Below are positions 6,647-7,254 of a DNA stretch of 7,254 bases, piece after piece. The notes beneath the pieces were generated by a model that saw nothing but the letters and a program-made list of their open reading frames with translations, made no database searches and had not been told where the DNA came from. This DNA comes from a virus. Taxonomy: Duplodnaviria; Heunggongvirae; Uroviricota; Caudoviricetes. The position numbers and the translations under genes are program-made. The stretch's first letter is position 1, and every line of letters begins with the position of its first letter. The stretch is taken from IMG/VR virus record IMGVR_UViG_2778261509_000007; one strand, given 5' to 3'.

Positions 6647-7023
6647 TTGTAAGCCTGTAAAACACCATGAAAAGCGTTGGCATACACGCCAGTTGGCGCT
6701 TGTTGTGAATGACCGTTTTCAAGAGCCTCTGCATAAGGAAGGTTATTCTGGATATAAATAACCCCGTAATTTGCAGCTTTCGAAATAACCCCGATCCCAC
6801 GCTGAACAGCAATCGTACCGTTCGGATCCACGTTATCAGATATACCAAAATCGGGATGCTGTAACGACACCAGGTTGTTATTTCTGAAACGTCCGGTATC
6901 AACCGGAGCAGCAATATCAATAGCAGTAAGAATCTGAATAGCGATGTAGCGAATCTTCAGCCCTACATCTTCCTCAATCATCCCGGCAAATATTGACGGT
7001 TCTATATCCCATGCCTTTGCCAT
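6643..7023 (-). CDS. HK97 gp10-family tail completion / head-tail joining protein, 126 aa
   Basis: Contains the motif PVDTGRFRNNN that I associate with the HK97 gp10 family (D-T-G-R-L/F-R signature). ATG at 7023 preceded by AAGGAG; stop overlaps the next gene start (ATGA at 6646..6643). Sits in the lambda gpZ-equivalent slot. Confidence 0.55.
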   Translation of the reverse strand: MAKAWDIEPSIFAGMIEEDVGLKIRYIAIQILTAIDIAAPVDTGRFRNNNLVSLQHPDFGISDNVDPNGTIAVQRGIGVISKAANYGVIYIQNNLPYAEALENGHSQQAPTGVYANAFHGVLQAYK

Positions 7024-7254
7024 TTACGCTCTCCTTAACTGGATAGAGTAAACTGATGCGGAAGGATCTACACTTGCTGTAATTACCTCGTATCGTTGTA
7101 ACTGCCTTGATACAGGATCATAAATCTCAATAATATGGTCGACAGCTGGTTTATCCGTAACCTCGCATACCAGAGCGGTTAATTTAAGGTCACCATGCAG
7201 GTAATGCTGCCAACTTACTGATTTAGTGTATGATGGTGATTTTAAGGTGCTTGC
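7024..7254 (-). CDS. C-terminal 76 codons of an upstream head-tail joining / head closure protein (partial; start lies beyond the window end)
   Basis: Minus-strand frame is open from 7254 down to the TAA at 7026..7024 (...LHGDLKLTALVCEVTDKPAVDHIIEIYDPVSRQLQRYEVITASVDPSASVYSIQLRRA*). The stop abuts the ATG of the gp10-family gene (TAAATG). Function inferred only from position; not in the ORF track because there is no start in the window. Confidence 0.35.
   Translation of the reverse strand, partial: ASTLKSPSYTKSVSWQHYLHGDLKLTALVCEVTDKPAVDHIIEIYDPVSRQLQRYEVITASVDPSASVYSIQLRRA

Noticed and set aside
6633-6920. Minus-strand 95-aa ORF overlapping the gp10-family gene in another frame
   Set aside because: Entirely contained within the 126-aa ORF that carries the recognisable DTGRFR motif and has a strong AAGGAG RBS; the alternative frame gives a hydrophobic, low-complexity product.
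1-7254. Searched by eye for CRISPR repeats, tRNA-like cloverleaf regions, attachment-site-like direct repeats, integrase or transposase fragments, and toxin-antitoxin or defence-like small gene pairs
   Set aside because: None found. The only periodic repeats are the in-frame protein repeats within the tape measure gene, and all substantial ORFs are accounted for by the tail genes and the OMP moron.

Overview
This window is the minus-strand tail-morphogenesis block of a lambdoid siphovirus-type phage or prophage, probably from an enterobacterial host. All identifications rest on reading the six-frame translations and on remembered lambda protein sequences; no searches were run. In transcription order (high to low coordinates): 3' end of a head-tail joining gene (7254..7024), HK97-gp10-family tail completion protein (7023..6643), tail-terminator-like protein (6646..6254), major tail protein (6227..5265), tail assembly chaperone G (5216..4755) with an A_AAA_AAG slippery site giving a G-T fusion ending at 4426, an inserted Ail/Lom/PagC-family outer-membrane protein gene (4282..3746) with its own AT-rich upstream region and intrinsic terminator, tape measure protein (3679..446, 1077 aa, lambda gpH-like core with a triplicated N-terminal repeat), minor tail protein M (453..115) and the start of minor tail protein L (115..1). 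No tRNA, rRNA, CRISPR array, integrase or transposase was seen. The main accessory content is the Ail/Lom-like moron inside the tail operon, a candidate lysogenic-conversion gene. I do not see evidence of a novel defence or other undescribed system here.
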